The notes under the pieces are model-generated. The model was given only the letters and a program-made list of their open reading frames with translations, had not been told where the DNA came from and did not search any database. A stretch of DNA of 64,000 nt. It comes from Phycisphaerales bacterium. GTDB lineage: Bacteria > Planctomycetota > Phycisphaerae > Phycisphaerales > UBA5793. The stretch is from positions 135,346-199,345 of the forward strand of contig JADZAS010000023.1 in assembly GCA_020852515.1 (NCBI GenBank), written 5' to 3'. The position numbers and the translations under genes are program-made. Shown here in pieces: positions 33,547 to 43,781 of the stretch; position 1 is the first letter of the stretch; the number at the start of each line of letters is the position of its first letter.

Positions 33547-36267
33547 ATGGACAGGCAGCGTTCTCAACTTCAACGACTCATGTCACGCACGCAGCGGCGC
33601 TTGCTGCTGGCCGATGCGGTGCGCCGCAGCGGGCTGTGGCTGTCGGTCAGCGCCGCAGCGGCACTGCTGCTCACGCTCGCCGATCGATTCCTGAACCTGG
33701 GCGCGCCGGTCTGGCTGATCGCGCTGCTGGCGCTGAGTGGGCTGCCGATTGCGTGCGTCGTTGCCGGGCGCCGACGCGCTGCGAGCCTGGAAGCCGCCAT
33801 TATTCTTGATGGGGACCTTGGCCTCAAGGATCGGCTGGGCACGGCGATATCGCTCGAGTCGCTCACCTCGGCCGATCATGACAACCCGATGCGCCGCTGG
33901 GTGGAGCAGGACGCCCAGAGCCTGGCTTCGCGGCTTGATCCGCGCGCGGTCGCGCGGATCGAGTGGCCGCTGTCCTGGGGAGCGGCGGCGCTGGGCGCTG
34001 TTGCATGCGCACTGCTGCTGTGGCTGGTCGAGCCGCGCAACGTCCTGGCGGGCCCCGGGCCCACGGCCGAGCAGCTCGCATCACGCGATGCGCGGCAGAA
34101 GGCAGCCGAGGCGCTGCGCGAGCGGGCCGACCACTTGCGCGGGCGCACGGCCGATGATCCACTGGCCCTCAGCGACGCCAACGCCACCGCCCGCGAGCAG
34201 GCGCTGAACACATTCGACCGGCTCGCCAGGCAACTCGATGCGCCGGTCGAAGCCGAGTCGTCTGAATCACGATCCGGCGCCTCGGGCGATCGCGATGCCG
34301 AGATCGCTTCGGCGGCGCGCGAAGCCATGGAACTGGCCGACCGACTCGATCGGCAGTCGCAGATCGCCGAGCAGGCCCGGCAGCGCGCCTCGGAGCGGCT
34401 GGCGGGCCTCCCTGAGCCCGTCGATCCCGGCGCCGCTGATGAATTCACCGATGCGCTGCGCCAAGGCGACATGGCGGCAGCTGCAAAGTGGCTCGATGAA
34501 CTCGATCAACGACTTAAGGACGCGCCGCCCGAGCAGCGCGAGGCGCTGGCCGAGTCGCTGAGGCAGTCGGCAGAGCAGATCAGCGAGTCGGCGCAGCAGG
34601 AGCGCATTGATCCCGCCGGAGAGTCGCCCGAGCAGACGCTCGAAGACCTCGGCCTGCCGCCCGAACAGATCGAGCAGTGGAAGCAGGACCCTCCGTCCGT
34701 CGATGAGATTCGGCGCGAGTTGCAGAATCAGGGCCGCGATCCCATTGATGCGCAGCAACTCGCGGAGCAGGCGCAGCGCGAACTGGCAGAGCAGGCAGCC
34801 GAGCAGCGGGCGCGTGAACAACTTGAAGAAACGGCCCGGCGGCTTTCTGATCTCGCGGACTCCGTCGAGAATCCGCCGCCGCCCGCTGATCGGTCGCAAG
34901 GCAATGAAGCAGGTCCGCGCCCCGATCCCGGCGAGAATGCCGACTCGCCGCAGCCTCCCCCGGGTCGTGAAGGGGAGAACGAGTCCAGGCCCGCCGGCGA
35001 GGAGCCGAAACAGGGCGACCCAAACAACCCCAGCACTGAGCAGGGCAACCGGCCACCGACGCAGGAAGGCCAGTCCCAGCCCGGGCAGTCGCCGCCCACC
35101 AGCGAGAAGACTGATCCTGAGGAACAGGCCGAAAGCGGCCAGCCGGCCGAGTCGGGCGAGCCACCTGAGCCCGGCAAGTCGACCCTGCCTGGTGAGAAGA
35201 CTCAACCCGCTGAGAAGACCAAACCGGGCGAGAAGACCGAACCGGGCGAGAAGACCCAGCCGGGTGAGAAGACCAAACCGGGTGAGAAGACCCAACCGGG
35301 CGAGCAGGAGCCGTCGGAGACCGGCGAACCGGGCGAGTCGCCCCAGCCGACGCCGGGAACCCAGCCGGGCGAGCTCCCTCAGCCCAAGCCCACCGAGACG
35401 GGGCCGGGAGAGACCACACCGACCCCCGAGGAGGAAATCGAACCGGACGGCAAGCCTCGCCCTGAGCCATCCGGCACCGGGGAGCCTCAGCCAGCCGGCG
35501 AGCCCCGGCCAGGGGAAGAGGGACAGCCTGCGGCGGGCGATGGCGCGGCGGGCCAGCCACAGCCGGGGCAGGGTCGTTCACAGCCGCAGGGCCAGCCTCC
35601 CGGCGGGCCAGGCAGCCGCGTCGATCCCGCGCTCACTCCCGGCTCTCAGGGTGGCCCCGACGAGCTGGCGCCATCAACCGGGTCCGGCACCGGAGAACAG
35701 CCCGGATCGGTCGCCGATCGCGTCAAGCACCTGCGCGATGCGCTCGAGCGGATTGACGAGGCGCCCGGCACCGGTCCGAGCGACCAGGAGATCTCGCAGG
35801 AGATGAAGGACGCCGCCCGGGAACTGCTTGAGCAGATGTCGCCCGAAGAGCGCCAGGAACTGGAGCGTTGGGCCGCTGAGAAGGCCAGGCAGAACGGCGA
35901 TGGCCTCGGCAGCACCGCCGACGGCTCGCCCAAGTCGCTCCTGGAGCGCACGCTGCCAACTCGAGCCGTGCAGAATCCTCGCCTCTTCGACTACGACACG
36001 CAGGACATGGACCTTTCGAAGCCGGACAGGCCCGTGAACGACCGCGTCATCGCCGAGATGTTCGGTCCGGATCACGAGCGGCCCGAGGGCGCGATTGATC
36101 GCCAGCCGATGGACTCGGCGCCGATGCGCGAAGCGGCGCAGGCCATCGAGCGCGCCCTCAACGAAGAAGCGATCCCGCCGCGCTATCGCGAGTTGATTCG
36201 CAACTGGGCTCGCCGCCTGCCCCGGCCGGATGCGCCGCCGTCGTCCGGCACGTCGCCCGATCAATAA
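33547..36267 (+). CDS. 906-aa membrane-anchored acidic, Pro/Glu/Gln-rich low-complexity protein (DUF4175-like architecture, tentative)
   Basis: It has two to three N-terminal TM helices ([53 protein letters not shown]) followed by long coiled/acidic and P/E/G/Q-rich regions. The C-terminal [19 protein letters not shown] motif looks conserved. Confidence 0.7.
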   Translation: MDRQRSQLQRLMSRTQRRLLLADAVRRSGLWLSVSAAAALLLTLADRFLNLGAPVWLIALLALSGLPIACVVAGRRRAASLEAAIILDGDLGLKDRLGTAISLESLTSADHDNPMRRWVEQDAQSLASRLDPRAVARIEWPLSWGAAALGAVACALLLWLVEPRNVLAGPGPTAEQLASRDARQKAAEALRERADHLRGRTADDPLALSDANATAREQALNTFDRLARQLDAPVEAESSESRSGASGDRDAEIASAAREAMELADRLDRQSQIAEQARQRASERLAGLPEPVDPGAADEFTDALRQGDMAAAAKWLDELDQRLKDAPPEQREALAESLRQSAEQISESAQQERIDPAGESPEQTLEDLGLPPEQIEQWKQDPPSVDEIRRELQNQGRDPIDAQQLAEQAQRELAEQAAEQRAREQLEETARRLSDLADSVENPPPPADRSQGNEAGPRPDPGENADSPQPPPGREGENESRPAGEEPKQGDPNNPSTEQGNRPPTQEGQSQPGQSPPTSEKTDPEEQAESGQPAESGEPPEPGKSTLPGEKTQPAEKTKPGEKTEPGEKTQPGEKTKPGEKTQPGEQEPSETGEPGESPQPTPGTQPGELPQPKPTETGPGETTPTPEEEIEPDGKPRPEPSGTGEPQPAGEPRPGEEGQPAAGDGAAGQPQPGQGRSQPQGQPPGGPGSRVDPALTPGSQGGPDELAPSTGSGTGEQPGSVADRVKHLRDALERIDEAPGTGPSDQEISQEMKDAARELLEQMSPEERQELERWAAEKARQNGDGLGSTADGSPKSLLERTLPTRAVQNPRLFDYDTQDMDLSKPDRPVNDRVIAEMFGPDHERPEGAIDRQPMDSAPMREAAQAIERALNEEAIPPRYRELIRNWARRLPRPDAPPSSGTSPDQ
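35188..35300 (+). repeat. 18-bp in-frame tandem repeat (about 6 units) encoding PGEKT[QKE]
   Basis: The peptide reads [40 protein letters not shown]. The underlying DNA is ggtgagaagac(c/t)(c/a)a(a/g)cc(g/c) repeated head to tail. Confidence 0.8.
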
Positions 36268-36346
36268 CGACGCGCTGCTCGCCGCGCTGCTGCCGCCGAC
36301 TAGACTCCCCTTTCGGCGCCTTCAGCGCCGGGTGGAGGCGCAGGGC

Positions 36347-37861
36347 ATGGGCAGCGAAAAGGCGGACATCGGACTCATCGGCCTGGGCACCATGGGCCAG
36401 AACCTCGTGCTCAACATGGCCGACCACGGCTTTCACGTCGCCGTCTACAACCGCACCACCGAAGTGATGGATGAGTTCGTGGGCGTGCACGGCGACACGC
36501 CCGGCGGGCTCACCGGTTGCCGCACACTGGGCGAGTTCGTCGCGGCCCTCAAGCCGCCGCGCATCGCTGTGCTGCTCGTCCCGGCGGGCAAGCCGGTTGA
36601 CTCGGTCACCGAGCAGCTGATCGGCGCCGGAGTGGGCAAGGACGACCTGATCGTCGATGCCGGCAACTCGCTCTGGACCGACACGATCCGGCGCGAACGC
36701 GACTACGCCGACCGGCTCAAGTTCTTCGGCTCGGGTGTCAGCGGCGGCTCGGAAGGCGCGCGCTTCGGCCCGTCGCTCATGGCCGGCGGAGACGCGAAAT
36801 CCTGGCAGCGCCTCAAGCCCATCTGGGAGGCTATCGCCGCGAAGGTTGATCCGAAGACCGGCCGGCCGCTCGAAGGTGCATCGCCGGGCAGGCCGGTCAA
36901 GGGCGGCGAGGCGTGCGCGGCGTACATCGGCCCCGACGGCGCCGGCCACTACGTCAAGATGGTCCACAACGGCATCGAGTACGCCGACATGCAACTGATC
37001 TGCGAAGCGTACTGGCTGCTGAGCACGCTGCTGGACATGTCGCCGCCCGAGATCGGCGATGTGTTCGCGAAGTGGAATCGGGGCGACCTCGACAGTTATC
37101 TCATTGAGATCACGGCCGATATCCTGCACCAGAGCGACCCGCAGAAGAATGATGCATGGTTCGTCGATTCCGTCCTCGATACCGCCGGCCAGAAAGGTAC
37201 GGGCAAGTGGACGAGCGTGAACGCGCTCGACATGGGCGTACCGGCCGCGACGATCACTGAGGCCGTGTTTGCGCGGATCATCAGTTCTCTCAAAGACGAG
37301 CGCGTCGGCGCCGCCAAGAAGATCAAAGCTCCGGCGCCGCTGAGCCGCCGCGCCATCGGCTCGCGGCAGATGCTCGTGGATGCCGTGCGCCAGGCGCTGT
37401 ACTGCTCGAAGATCTGCGCGTACGCGCAGGGGTTTCAGTTGATGCGGCAGGCGCAGTTGGAGTATCGCTGGAGCCTGGACTTTGCAACGATCGCGCGCAT
37501 CTGGCGGGGCGGCTGCATCATCCGCGCCCGATTCCTCCAGCGCATTGCCTCGGCGTACGAGGAAGACGCGAACCTGCCCAATCTCCTCCTCGACCGGACG
37601 TTTCGGCGGCAGATCAATGCTGGCCAGGGGGCCTGGCGCAAAGTCGTCGCGTTGGCGGCGACGGGCGGAGTGCCGTGCCCGGCGTTCATGTCGGCGCTGG
37701 CGTACTACGACTCCTACCGCTCCAGGCGGCTGCCGGCCAATCTGCTCCAGGCCCAGCGGGACTACTTCGGCGCCCACAGCTACGAACGCGTTGATCAGCC
37801 GCGCGGCCAGTTCTTTCATCTCGACTGGTCAAATCCGGACCGGCCGCAGCAGCGGGTGTAG
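36347..37861 (+). CDS. gnd: 6-phosphogluconate dehydrogenase (decarboxylating)
   Basis: From the ATG at 36347 the product reads [29 protein letters not shown]... and also contains [23 protein letters not shown] and [16 protein letters not shown]. Confidence 0.92.
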   Translation: MGSEKADIGLIGLGTMGQNLVLNMADHGFHVAVYNRTTEVMDEFVGVHGDTPGGLTGCRTLGEFVAALKPPRIAVLLVPAGKPVDSVTEQLIGAGVGKDDLIVDAGNSLWTDTIRRERDYADRLKFFGSGVSGGSEGARFGPSLMAGGDAKSWQRLKPIWEAIAAKVDPKTGRPLEGASPGRPVKGGEACAAYIGPDGAGHYVKMVHNGIEYADMQLICEAYWLLSTLLDMSPPEIGDVFAKWNRGDLDSYLIEITADILHQSDPQKNDAWFVDSVLDTAGQKGTGKWTSVNALDMGVPAATITEAVFARIISSLKDERVGAAKKIKAPAPLSRRAIGSRQMLVDAVRQALYCSKICAYAQGFQLMRQAQLEYRWSLDFATIARIWRGGCIIRARFLQRIASAYEEDANLPNLLLDRTFRRQINAGQGAWRKVVALAATGGVPCPAFMSALAYYDSYRSRRLPANLLQAQRDYFGAHSYERVDQPRGQFFHLDWSNPDRPQQRV

Positions 37862-37874
37862 AGCTCGCGAACAG

Positions 37875-38420
37875 CTACATCGAGCCGGCGCGCAATTGGT
37901 GTTCGCGGCCATCGTCGTGGCGCAGCAGGACGCTCAGGCTCCTGGCGTCGATCGACTCGATTCGCCAGCCTTCGCCGAGGTCATCGCCGACCTGGTGAAC
38001 CTGCCCGTCGATGACGGCGATCGGCGGCCGCCCGTTCATGATGCCGTTCAGGACAAAGCTCGGCAGCGCAGGAGGCGCCGGTTCGACGACTGGCGCTTCG
38101 ATCGGCGGCAGTTCAGGCTCACGCACGTTTGGCGCATAAAAGGGACTGCTCACGCTCACGGCGGCGTGCTCACGCAACTCCCTCGCCCGCGCAGCCGCTT
38201 CGGTCTCGACTGCGGAGAGTTGCAGCCGCGGTTCGACGGTCGGGGGCGCCGGCGCCGCGGCCGCCGCGTCGAGCGAGGCTTCGTCTGACTGCTCCATTTC
38301 CTCGGCGCGTGTTGAGAGCGGCCCGAGACCGGCCACTTTGGCCAGCGCGACGATGAGCACCGGCAGAGTCAGCGAAGCGATGCTCGCCAGTCGCCGGCCC
38401 GCAGTGATGTTGACTCTCAT
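37875..38420 (-). CDS. T2SS/T4P accessory protein, GspC/PilP-like (tentative)
   Basis: It has an N-terminal TM (IASLTLPVLIVALAKVA) and an Ala/Pro-rich linker. Its C-terminal motif FVLNGIMNGRPPIAVIDGQVHQVGDDLGEGWRIESIDARSLSVLL is typical of GspB/GspC/PilP-type C-termini. There is a 4-nt overlap with the upstream gene. Confidence 0.5.
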   Translation of the reverse strand: MRVNITAGRRLASIASLTLPVLIVALAKVAGLGPLSTRAEEMEQSDEASLDAAAAAPAPPTVEPRLQLSAVETEAAARARELREHAAVSVSSPFYAPNVREPELPPIEAPVVEPAPPALPSFVLNGIMNGRPPIAVIDGQVHQVGDDLGEGWRIESIDARSLSVLLRHDDGREHQLRAGSM

Positions 38421-39010
38421 GGCGTCCCCTCCCGCGCCGAAGCCATGCCCTGCCGATTCGCCGCATCGACGAGCGCTTCAGGAATGACGATGCGCACCGA
38501 CTCGATGCTCACGGTCAGCGTAAGATGATTCGGCTCGCCGGCCATGGCCGGAACCAGGCGGATTGACTCCACCCGGTGGAGCGCGGATGCAGTCTCGATC
38601 GCGTCGACAAAGGTCACCGCAGCCCCGAACGGTCCCGTCGCCACGAGCGTCCAGCTCGACGACTCGAATCGATCGCCGGCGACGTGCGGGGCATTCGGCG
38701 TGATCGATTCGACCTGCAAGCCCGCGCCGCGTGCGAGACCGAGCAGCCGGTCGTAGGCGACCGCGGGATCGCCGCTCGCGGCATTGGCCGCGGTTACCGA
38801 TTCCATGACCTCCACCGGCTCGCGAAATGGAACTGCGCTCGCTGTCGCAGGCGTCATGTGCCCGCTCTCGACAAGCGCCTCGCACTCGCGCTCTAGAGAT
38901 CTGAGGCGCTCCATGCGGGGCATGGAGAAGTTCATGAATGCCGCGATCAGCACAGCCGCCACGACGGCACTGGCTGGGAGGATTCTTCTGACGCTGGTGC
39001 GGCGCTTCAT
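38417..39010 (-). CDS. T2SS/T4P assembly protein, GspM/PilO-like (tentative)
   Basis: It is a bitopic protein with one TM (ASAVVAAVLIAAFMNF), a coiled segment and a ferredoxin-like C-domain. Its position follows the GspL/PilMN-like gene, with a 4-nt overlap. Confidence 0.5.
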   Translation of the reverse strand: MKRRTSVRRILPASAVVAAVLIAAFMNFSMPRMERLRSLERECEALVESGHMTPATASAVPFREPVEVMESVTAANAASGDPAVAYDRLLGLARGAGLQVESITPNAPHVAGDRFESSSWTLVATGPFGAAVTFVDAIETASALHRVESIRLVPAMAGEPNHLTLTVSIESVRIVIPEALVDAANRQGMASAREGTP

Positions 39011-40710
39011 GGCTGCGGCTCCCGCCCGGCGTCAACCAGTCGCGCTGCCGGGGCCTCACATCCTCTGCGCAGTGTGATCTTCGCCTGAAAGCGCCGTGCC
39101 GCCTCGCCGTCGAGTTCACTTCGCAGGGTGGAGCCAAGCACGACCGACTCGATGAGCGGACTGCGTCTGAGGCGCGCGATGAATTCGGCAAGCGATTCGT
39201 CCGGGGCGCTTCCGGTGGCGTACGCCTCAATGGCCAGGTCCGGCGCCGGTGCGGCCGGTCCGGTGAGAGCATCGAGTGGCGTGTTGGCGCTCTCCAGCCT
39301 CGTAAGGCGAATCTCAACGGGAGCGGCAAGAGCGACTTCACGCAGCACTGCGCCATAGTCCGGCGAAAGCAGCGCCGCCGCCGTCCATGAGTTCTCGAGT
39401 TGCGCCCAGCCTGCCTCGCGAGCCCGGCGGCGGTTGAATTCATGCTGGCGCGCCGCCGCATCGTCGATTTGATCGCTGAGCGACACCAGCCGTTCGCTCG
39501 ATTCCTGAATCCGCAGATCCAGCCGCCTCGCGTCAAGCGCAATCAGCGCCAGCCCGGCGGCGAGTCCGAGCCACACGCGCCGATTGAACCTTTGTGCCGC
39601 GTGAAGTGAAATGGAGGCAGCGGGAAGCAGATTCGGGCCCCGCTCGGTGGCGCGAAGGCACTGCTCGCGGCTGAGTCCGCAGGAAAGCAGCGCGGCCTGA
39701 TCCTCGCCGCCCGGGTCGAAGATCTCCACCGGACACTCCAGCGCGCCGCCCAGAATGGTCGCGAGGCCGGCGATGCCCGCGCCTCGACCGCAAAGATGGA
39801 TCGCCAATTCGCGCCGCTGTGCCTCCGTGAGACCGAACCGCAGCGACTGCTTCAACTCCACAATCACGCGCTGCAGCACGGGCTGGAGCAGCGGCAGCAC
39901 GTGCCGGCCGTGGAGATCGGTGGATTCATCCAGAACCAGATCGCGATCGGGCACGCCGTGCTTGAGGAGCATCGCGCGAGCATCATCCAAAGCAAGCGAA
40001 AACTCGCCCCGCGCACCATTGATGCAGATCGGCCGGGTCAGCACGTCCGCGAGCGCCCCAACACCAAAGCGGATCGGTCGAAACAGGCACAGGTGCTGCT
40101 GCTGCACGACCACCAGCCAGGACTGTGCCTCCCCGACATGCAGCCAGCCGCGCGTGGGGCCGCGATGCACCAGCGCCGGCCGGACGGTGCTCATGATGGC
40201 CGCGGCGTCAACAGGCGTGATCCGCTCAGGCAGCAGTCCGAGGGATTCGATCAGGTCAGCGACCGCCTGCACGCATTCATCGCGATCCGCCGCGGCGATG
40301 AGGTGGCGGCGAGGCGGATTGGCCGAGGCGTCGCAGCCGATCTCGCACGCATCCGCCACCGCGGCGTCCTCAGCGCAGCCGAGCGCTCCCAGGGCCGCGA
40401 GGCGCGCCGCAGCCAGCGAGTGGCGGTTGCGCGTCGTCGTCACGCTGGTCAGTTGCGATGTGCAGCCGGGACTCTCGTAGAGCACGATCGCAGCCGCAGA
40501 ATTGTTGCGCCCTTCGCGCAGCATCGGCCCCAGGCGCATCGACAGTGCGCGAACCGCCGGGGCCCATTCGCGAGGTTCGGCGGGCAGATCGACCGCCAGT
40601 TCGACGCGCTCGGCGCTGCGCCCGTGGCCGAGCCAGACCTGCACCTGTCTGGCGCCGATGATGAAAATAATCGGTTGACTGGAGAGCCGGAGCACCCGAT
40701 CTGCCTCCAT
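39007..40710 (-). CDS. GspL / PilM-PilN-like assembly platform protein (cytoplasmic actin-like domain + TM + periplasmic domain)
   Basis: The 567-aa product has a large cytoplasmic region, a single TM (RRVWLGLAAGLALIALDA) and a periplasmic tail. The call rests on architecture and operon position rather than on motifs. Confidence 0.5.
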   Translation of the reverse strand: MEADRVLRLSSQPIIFIIGARQVQVWLGHGRSAERVELAVDLPAEPREWAPAVRALSMRLGPMLREGRNNSAAAIVLYESPGCTSQLTSVTTTRNRHSLAAARLAALGALGCAEDAAVADACEIGCDASANPPRRHLIAAADRDECVQAVADLIESLGLLPERITPVDAAAIMSTVRPALVHRGPTRGWLHVGEAQSWLVVVQQQHLCLFRPIRFGVGALADVLTRPICINGARGEFSLALDDARAMLLKHGVPDRDLVLDESTDLHGRHVLPLLQPVLQRVIVELKQSLRFGLTEAQRRELAIHLCGRGAGIAGLATILGGALECPVEIFDPGGEDQAALLSCGLSREQCLRATERGPNLLPAASISLHAAQRFNRRVWLGLAAGLALIALDARRLDLRIQESSERLVSLSDQIDDAAARQHEFNRRRAREAGWAQLENSWTAAALLSPDYGAVLREVALAAPVEIRLTRLESANTPLDALTGPAAPAPDLAIEAYATGSAPDESLAEFIARLRRSPLIESVVLGSTLRSELDGEAARRFQAKITLRRGCEAPAARLVDAGREPQP

Positions 40711-40843
40711 ATCCGTCCGGTTCTGCTGCTGAAACGCCGTGACAGCACGCGCCGACGATCCGAACGCGGCGCGCTTCTAACCTATCGGCGCTCGGCGTGC
40801 ATGACTTGGTTCGGGTCCGCCGGTTCACCGCCGATAACTCAAT

Positions 40844-42355
40844 TCACGGCTGCAACCGCTCGATTTCCCGCCACTGGACCAGGTGGAGGCGCCGCACACC
40901 GTCCTGGTCAGGGTCGTACTCGCACGCTCCGAGGTCCGGCTGTGCGTCGCCGTCGCCGTCTCCATCCAGCGGCCGCATGCTTGCGTTCAGATCGCTCAGC
41001 ACGCCAGCAGCGCCCCGGCCGGCGTCGATGGCCGGCGAGCCGCGCTGAAGACGAAAGTCGCCCGCCGCAGCCGCCGCAAACATCGGATCGGCGTCAGCCA
41101 CGTGTCCGAGAATCGACGCCTCGCTCCCGCCCTGCAGCAGGTTCCCGGCGACCTCAAATGTCAGCAGGCCGGAGATTTCCATGCTTGAGCCGCGCGGCGG
41201 CGCTGCCAGAGCGAACCGGCTGTACACGACGACGTTGTCGCTGACGAGCATCTCGCCCCGCCTGGCTGAGGCTCTGATGCCCAGCCAGCAGCCCGCGAGC
41301 GTGTTGTTGGCAACCACGCCCGAACAGCCCTCGCCTTCGACGCGCAAGTCAATTCCCGTTGAGCAATCGCTGCCGACGTTGTTGAGAACGTGAGCGACCG
41401 CTCCCTCACCGACGACATGAACGTCGATGCCGACATGCTTCTCTCCGTGGCGATGGCGCGATCCCTGCTTCGACGCAGCGAAGCCCGATGCAAGATAGTC
41501 CGCTCCAGTGATGGTGAAGCGGTTGGCTTCGACGATGACGGTCTCGCCAGGATCCGAGCGGCGGCGCTTGTGGTGTCCCCACTTGTGGCCGCGGTCAGGC
41601 GGTTCGGGGCGAGGGTCGTGGCGGTCGTCATCGTCTCGGTCGTATCCGTCTCGCGCATTGTCTCGGCCGCGAGCATCGTTCTCACGATGCGCTTCGCGCT
41701 CGACATCGTCTTCCTTATCGTGATGGCGCTCGTCGGCCCGCTTTGGCTTTGCGCGGCTCTCGGCTCTGACCACGATGCTCGAACCGGACTGAGCATCGCG
41801 AAGGAACAGATTACCGGCAATGATGAGTTCATCGCAGTCGGTCGCTTCTACGCCGGCTTCACGCAGCGCATGAAACATGCAGGCCTCAACACTCACGCCG
41901 CTTGCCTGGGAGATCAACACGCCCCGCTGTGACTGGCCGCGGAACGTGAAGCCACTGATGAGCCAGTCGTCTCGATCGGTGAGGCGGATGCCGCATTCGC
42001 GCACACCATCGCCTTCAATGACTACGGCGCCGGCCTCGTCGCCGGTCTCACTGCCATGTAAATCAGCCACAAGAGCGTTGGGGGATTCGGCCGTGCCGCT
42101 TGCCGCCGCCGCCCCGGCGCCGCTGCCGATGCGCACCTGCTCGTAGTAGACGCCCGGACCGACGATGACCGAGTCGCCCGAACGCGTGCACAGCGACACG
42201 GCGCGCTGAATTGACCGCAGCGCGGCATCAGGATCGAGCCCGCTGTTGCGATCGCTGCCGCCCTGCCGCACGTAAAACGTGCGACCGTCGGCATGCACCG
42301 CCGCTGACAGCGCGCCGCACAGGAGGACCGTTGCCAGAATGATCACGCAGCGCAT
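40844..42355 (-). CDS. Exported right-handed parallel beta-helix protein with a hypercharged His/Asp/Arg insertion
   Basis: It has a signal peptide (MRCVIILATVLLCGALSAAVHA) and the typical beta-helix opening FYVRQGGSDRNSGLDPDAALRSIQRAV...GDSVIVGPGVYYEQV. Repeated ...N.F.. turns follow, and the C-terminus contains PLDGDGDGDAQPDLGACEY. Confidence 0.7.
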   Translation of the reverse strand: MRCVIILATVLLCGALSAAVHADGRTFYVRQGGSDRNSGLDPDAALRSIQRAVSLCTRSGDSVIVGPGVYYEQVRIGSGAGAAAASGTAESPNALVADLHGSETGDEAGAVVIEGDGVRECGIRLTDRDDWLISGFTFRGQSQRGVLISQASGVSVEACMFHALREAGVEATDCDELIIAGNLFLRDAQSGSSIVVRAESRAKPKRADERHHDKEDDVEREAHRENDARGRDNARDGYDRDDDDRHDPRPEPPDRGHKWGHHKRRRSDPGETVIVEANRFTITGADYLASGFAASKQGSRHRHGEKHVGIDVHVVGEGAVAHVLNNVGSDCSTGIDLRVEGEGCSGVVANNTLAGCWLGIRASARRGEMLVSDNVVVYSRFALAAPPRGSSMEISGLLTFEVAGNLLQGGSEASILGHVADADPMFAAAAAGDFRLQRGSPAIDAGRGAAGVLSDLNASMRPLDGDGDGDAQPDLGACEYDPDQDGVRRLHLVQWREIERLQP

Positions 42356-42374
42356 TGCGAGTCCTCCATGCGGT

Positions 42375-42779
42375 TCAGTCGGAGACGATCAGCTGCATCA
42401 CGCGCGATGCGTTGCCGCAAACGCCTTCACTGGTGATGATCGTGGCATCGGCGCCGGCGGTGACGGTGACGTGAAACCGCGCGAGACCGAGGGCCGGATC
42501 GTTGGCCGCTTCGCCGTCGTCCGACACACCGCCGACCGTGCCGTCGCCGTCTTCATCACGCCCGATCGTGATTTCGCGCAGAGCCATCTGCGCGCCCGCT
42601 TCGGCTGCGTAGAAAGCGCGAACGGTGTCGAGGCGGTCGATGCCGATGCCCTGCTCGCTGGTGCTGTTCATGAGCAGCGAGGCGATGGCCAGTTCGAGAA
42701 TGAGCAGCAGCACAATCACCGCGGCCAGTACGCTGCCGCGCCGCGTCGCTTGACCATGACCCAGCGGCGCGCGTTTCAC
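42375..42779 (-). CDS. Minor pseudopilin-like protein (GspK/PilX-like N-terminus, no canonical cleavage motif)
   Basis: The product starts RRGSVLAAVIVLLLILELAIASLLM and is 134 aa. There is a 4-nt overlap with the upstream pseudopilin gene. Confidence 0.45.
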   Translation of the reverse strand: MKRAPLGHGQATRRGSVLAAVIVLLLILELAIASLLMNSTSEQGIGIDRLDTVRAFYAAEAGAQMALREITIGRDEDGDGTVGGVSDDGEAANDPALGLARFHVTVTAGADATIITSEGVCGNASRVMQLIVSD

Positions 42780-43309
42780 TGCGAGTCTCCCGTCATCGCA
42801 GCGCGAATGAACACGCGAGTCTGCAGCGACTCGGTCATGCCCTGCCTGGTGAGGCTGAGCCGCACCGCGATGCGCTGGATTCTGGCGAGATCATCATCGG
42901 CAACGCGCCCGCCGAGAAGCAGCGAGCGGTTCGAGTCGTCCCGGAAGTCGAAGGCGAAATCAGATACTCCCGTGCACAGAGCATCTTCATTCGTGCCGTC
43001 GGTGTTGAGTAAGAGTGTCCCGCCGACGAGCCGCAGCGATTTCGAATCGGCCCACTGCAGTTTGGTCGCGCCGGCGCTGCGGATGTCCGCGTTCGGTTGA
43101 TTGTCCTCGGGTGCGGCATCGATCTCACGGATCTCGCGGACGATTCGATCGAGCGCCACGCTCGCCTCACTGTGCAGCGCCAGCCGCACGCTTGTGTCCG
43201 TAAACGACGCCACGGCCGTGAGAATAAGCGACGACGCAGCGCTGCCGACCAGTCCGAGAATCACGATCACCGCGATGACCTCGACCAGACTGAACCCGCG
43301 GCGCCTCAT
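42776..43309 (-). CDS. Minor pseudopilin (GspJ-like) with prepilin N-methylation motif
   Basis: ORF 42776..43348 is trimmed to MRRRGFSLVEVIAVIVILGLVGSAASSLIL. There is an ATGA overlap with the upstream gene. Confidence 0.7.
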   Translation of the reverse strand: MRRRGFSLVEVIAVIVILGLVGSAASSLILTAVASFTDTSVRLALHSEASVALDRIVREIREIDAAPEDNQPNADIRSAGATKLQWADSKSLRLVGGTLLLNTDGTNEDALCTGVSDFAFDFRDDSNRSLLLGGRVADDDLARIQRIAVRLSLTRQGMTESLQTRVFIRAAMTGDSQ

Positions 43310-43740
43310 GGGTGTGTCTCCGTGAGCACAGTCGCGACCTCGAAGCACTGAGGCCGGCGCCTGGAGTCCAGCCAGGTCACGGTGACAGTCACCGTCTTGC
43401 AGCCGCGTCCGGCGGTCTGTAGATCAGGAGCGGTTTCGACGATGCGCACCTGCCGCGCAAACGCGGGGCTCGCGTCGGTCTCCGGCTCGGCGAAGTAGTT
43501 GGCCTCTACGACGTAGTCGTAGCCGCGGGCGGCACTTTGCCGATCGGCGAGAATGTCCTCGAGCCGCTCCGTGGCCAGCCAGCGGGCCTGAGAGAAGCGC
43601 ATCGGATCGATGCGGTCCACGCTGGCCTGGCGCAGCGCCAGCAGCATCGGCGGGATCGCCAGTGCCAGAATGACCAGCGCCGCGATGGTCTCGATGAGCG
43701 TGAAGGCGCGGCCGTGAGGTTGGGCGGTGGTCCGCATCAT
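43306..43740 (-). CDS. Minor pseudopilin (GspI-like) with prepilin N-methylation motif
   Basis: The N-terminus contains GRAFTLIETIAALVILALAIPPMLLAL. Confidence 0.7.
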   Translation of the reverse strand: MMRTTAQPHGRAFTLIETIAALVILALAIPPMLLALRQASVDRIDPMRFSQARWLATERLEDILADRQSAARGYDYVVEANYFAEPETDASPAFARQVRIVETAPDLQTAGRGCKTVTVTVTWLDSRRRPQCFEVATVLTETHP

Positions 43741-43781
43741 CTGGAACGTCCCTGTCCCGCTGTGCGTGGTGAACCGTCGAG

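Noticed and set aside
34267-35806. Several overlapping long ORFs (34267..35295 -, 34580..35581 -, 34607..35806 +) inside the low-complexity gene.
   Set aside because: They are artefacts of the repetitive GC-rich Pro/Glu-coding region. Only the 33547..36267 frame has TM helices, a sensible start and a conserved-looking C-terminus.
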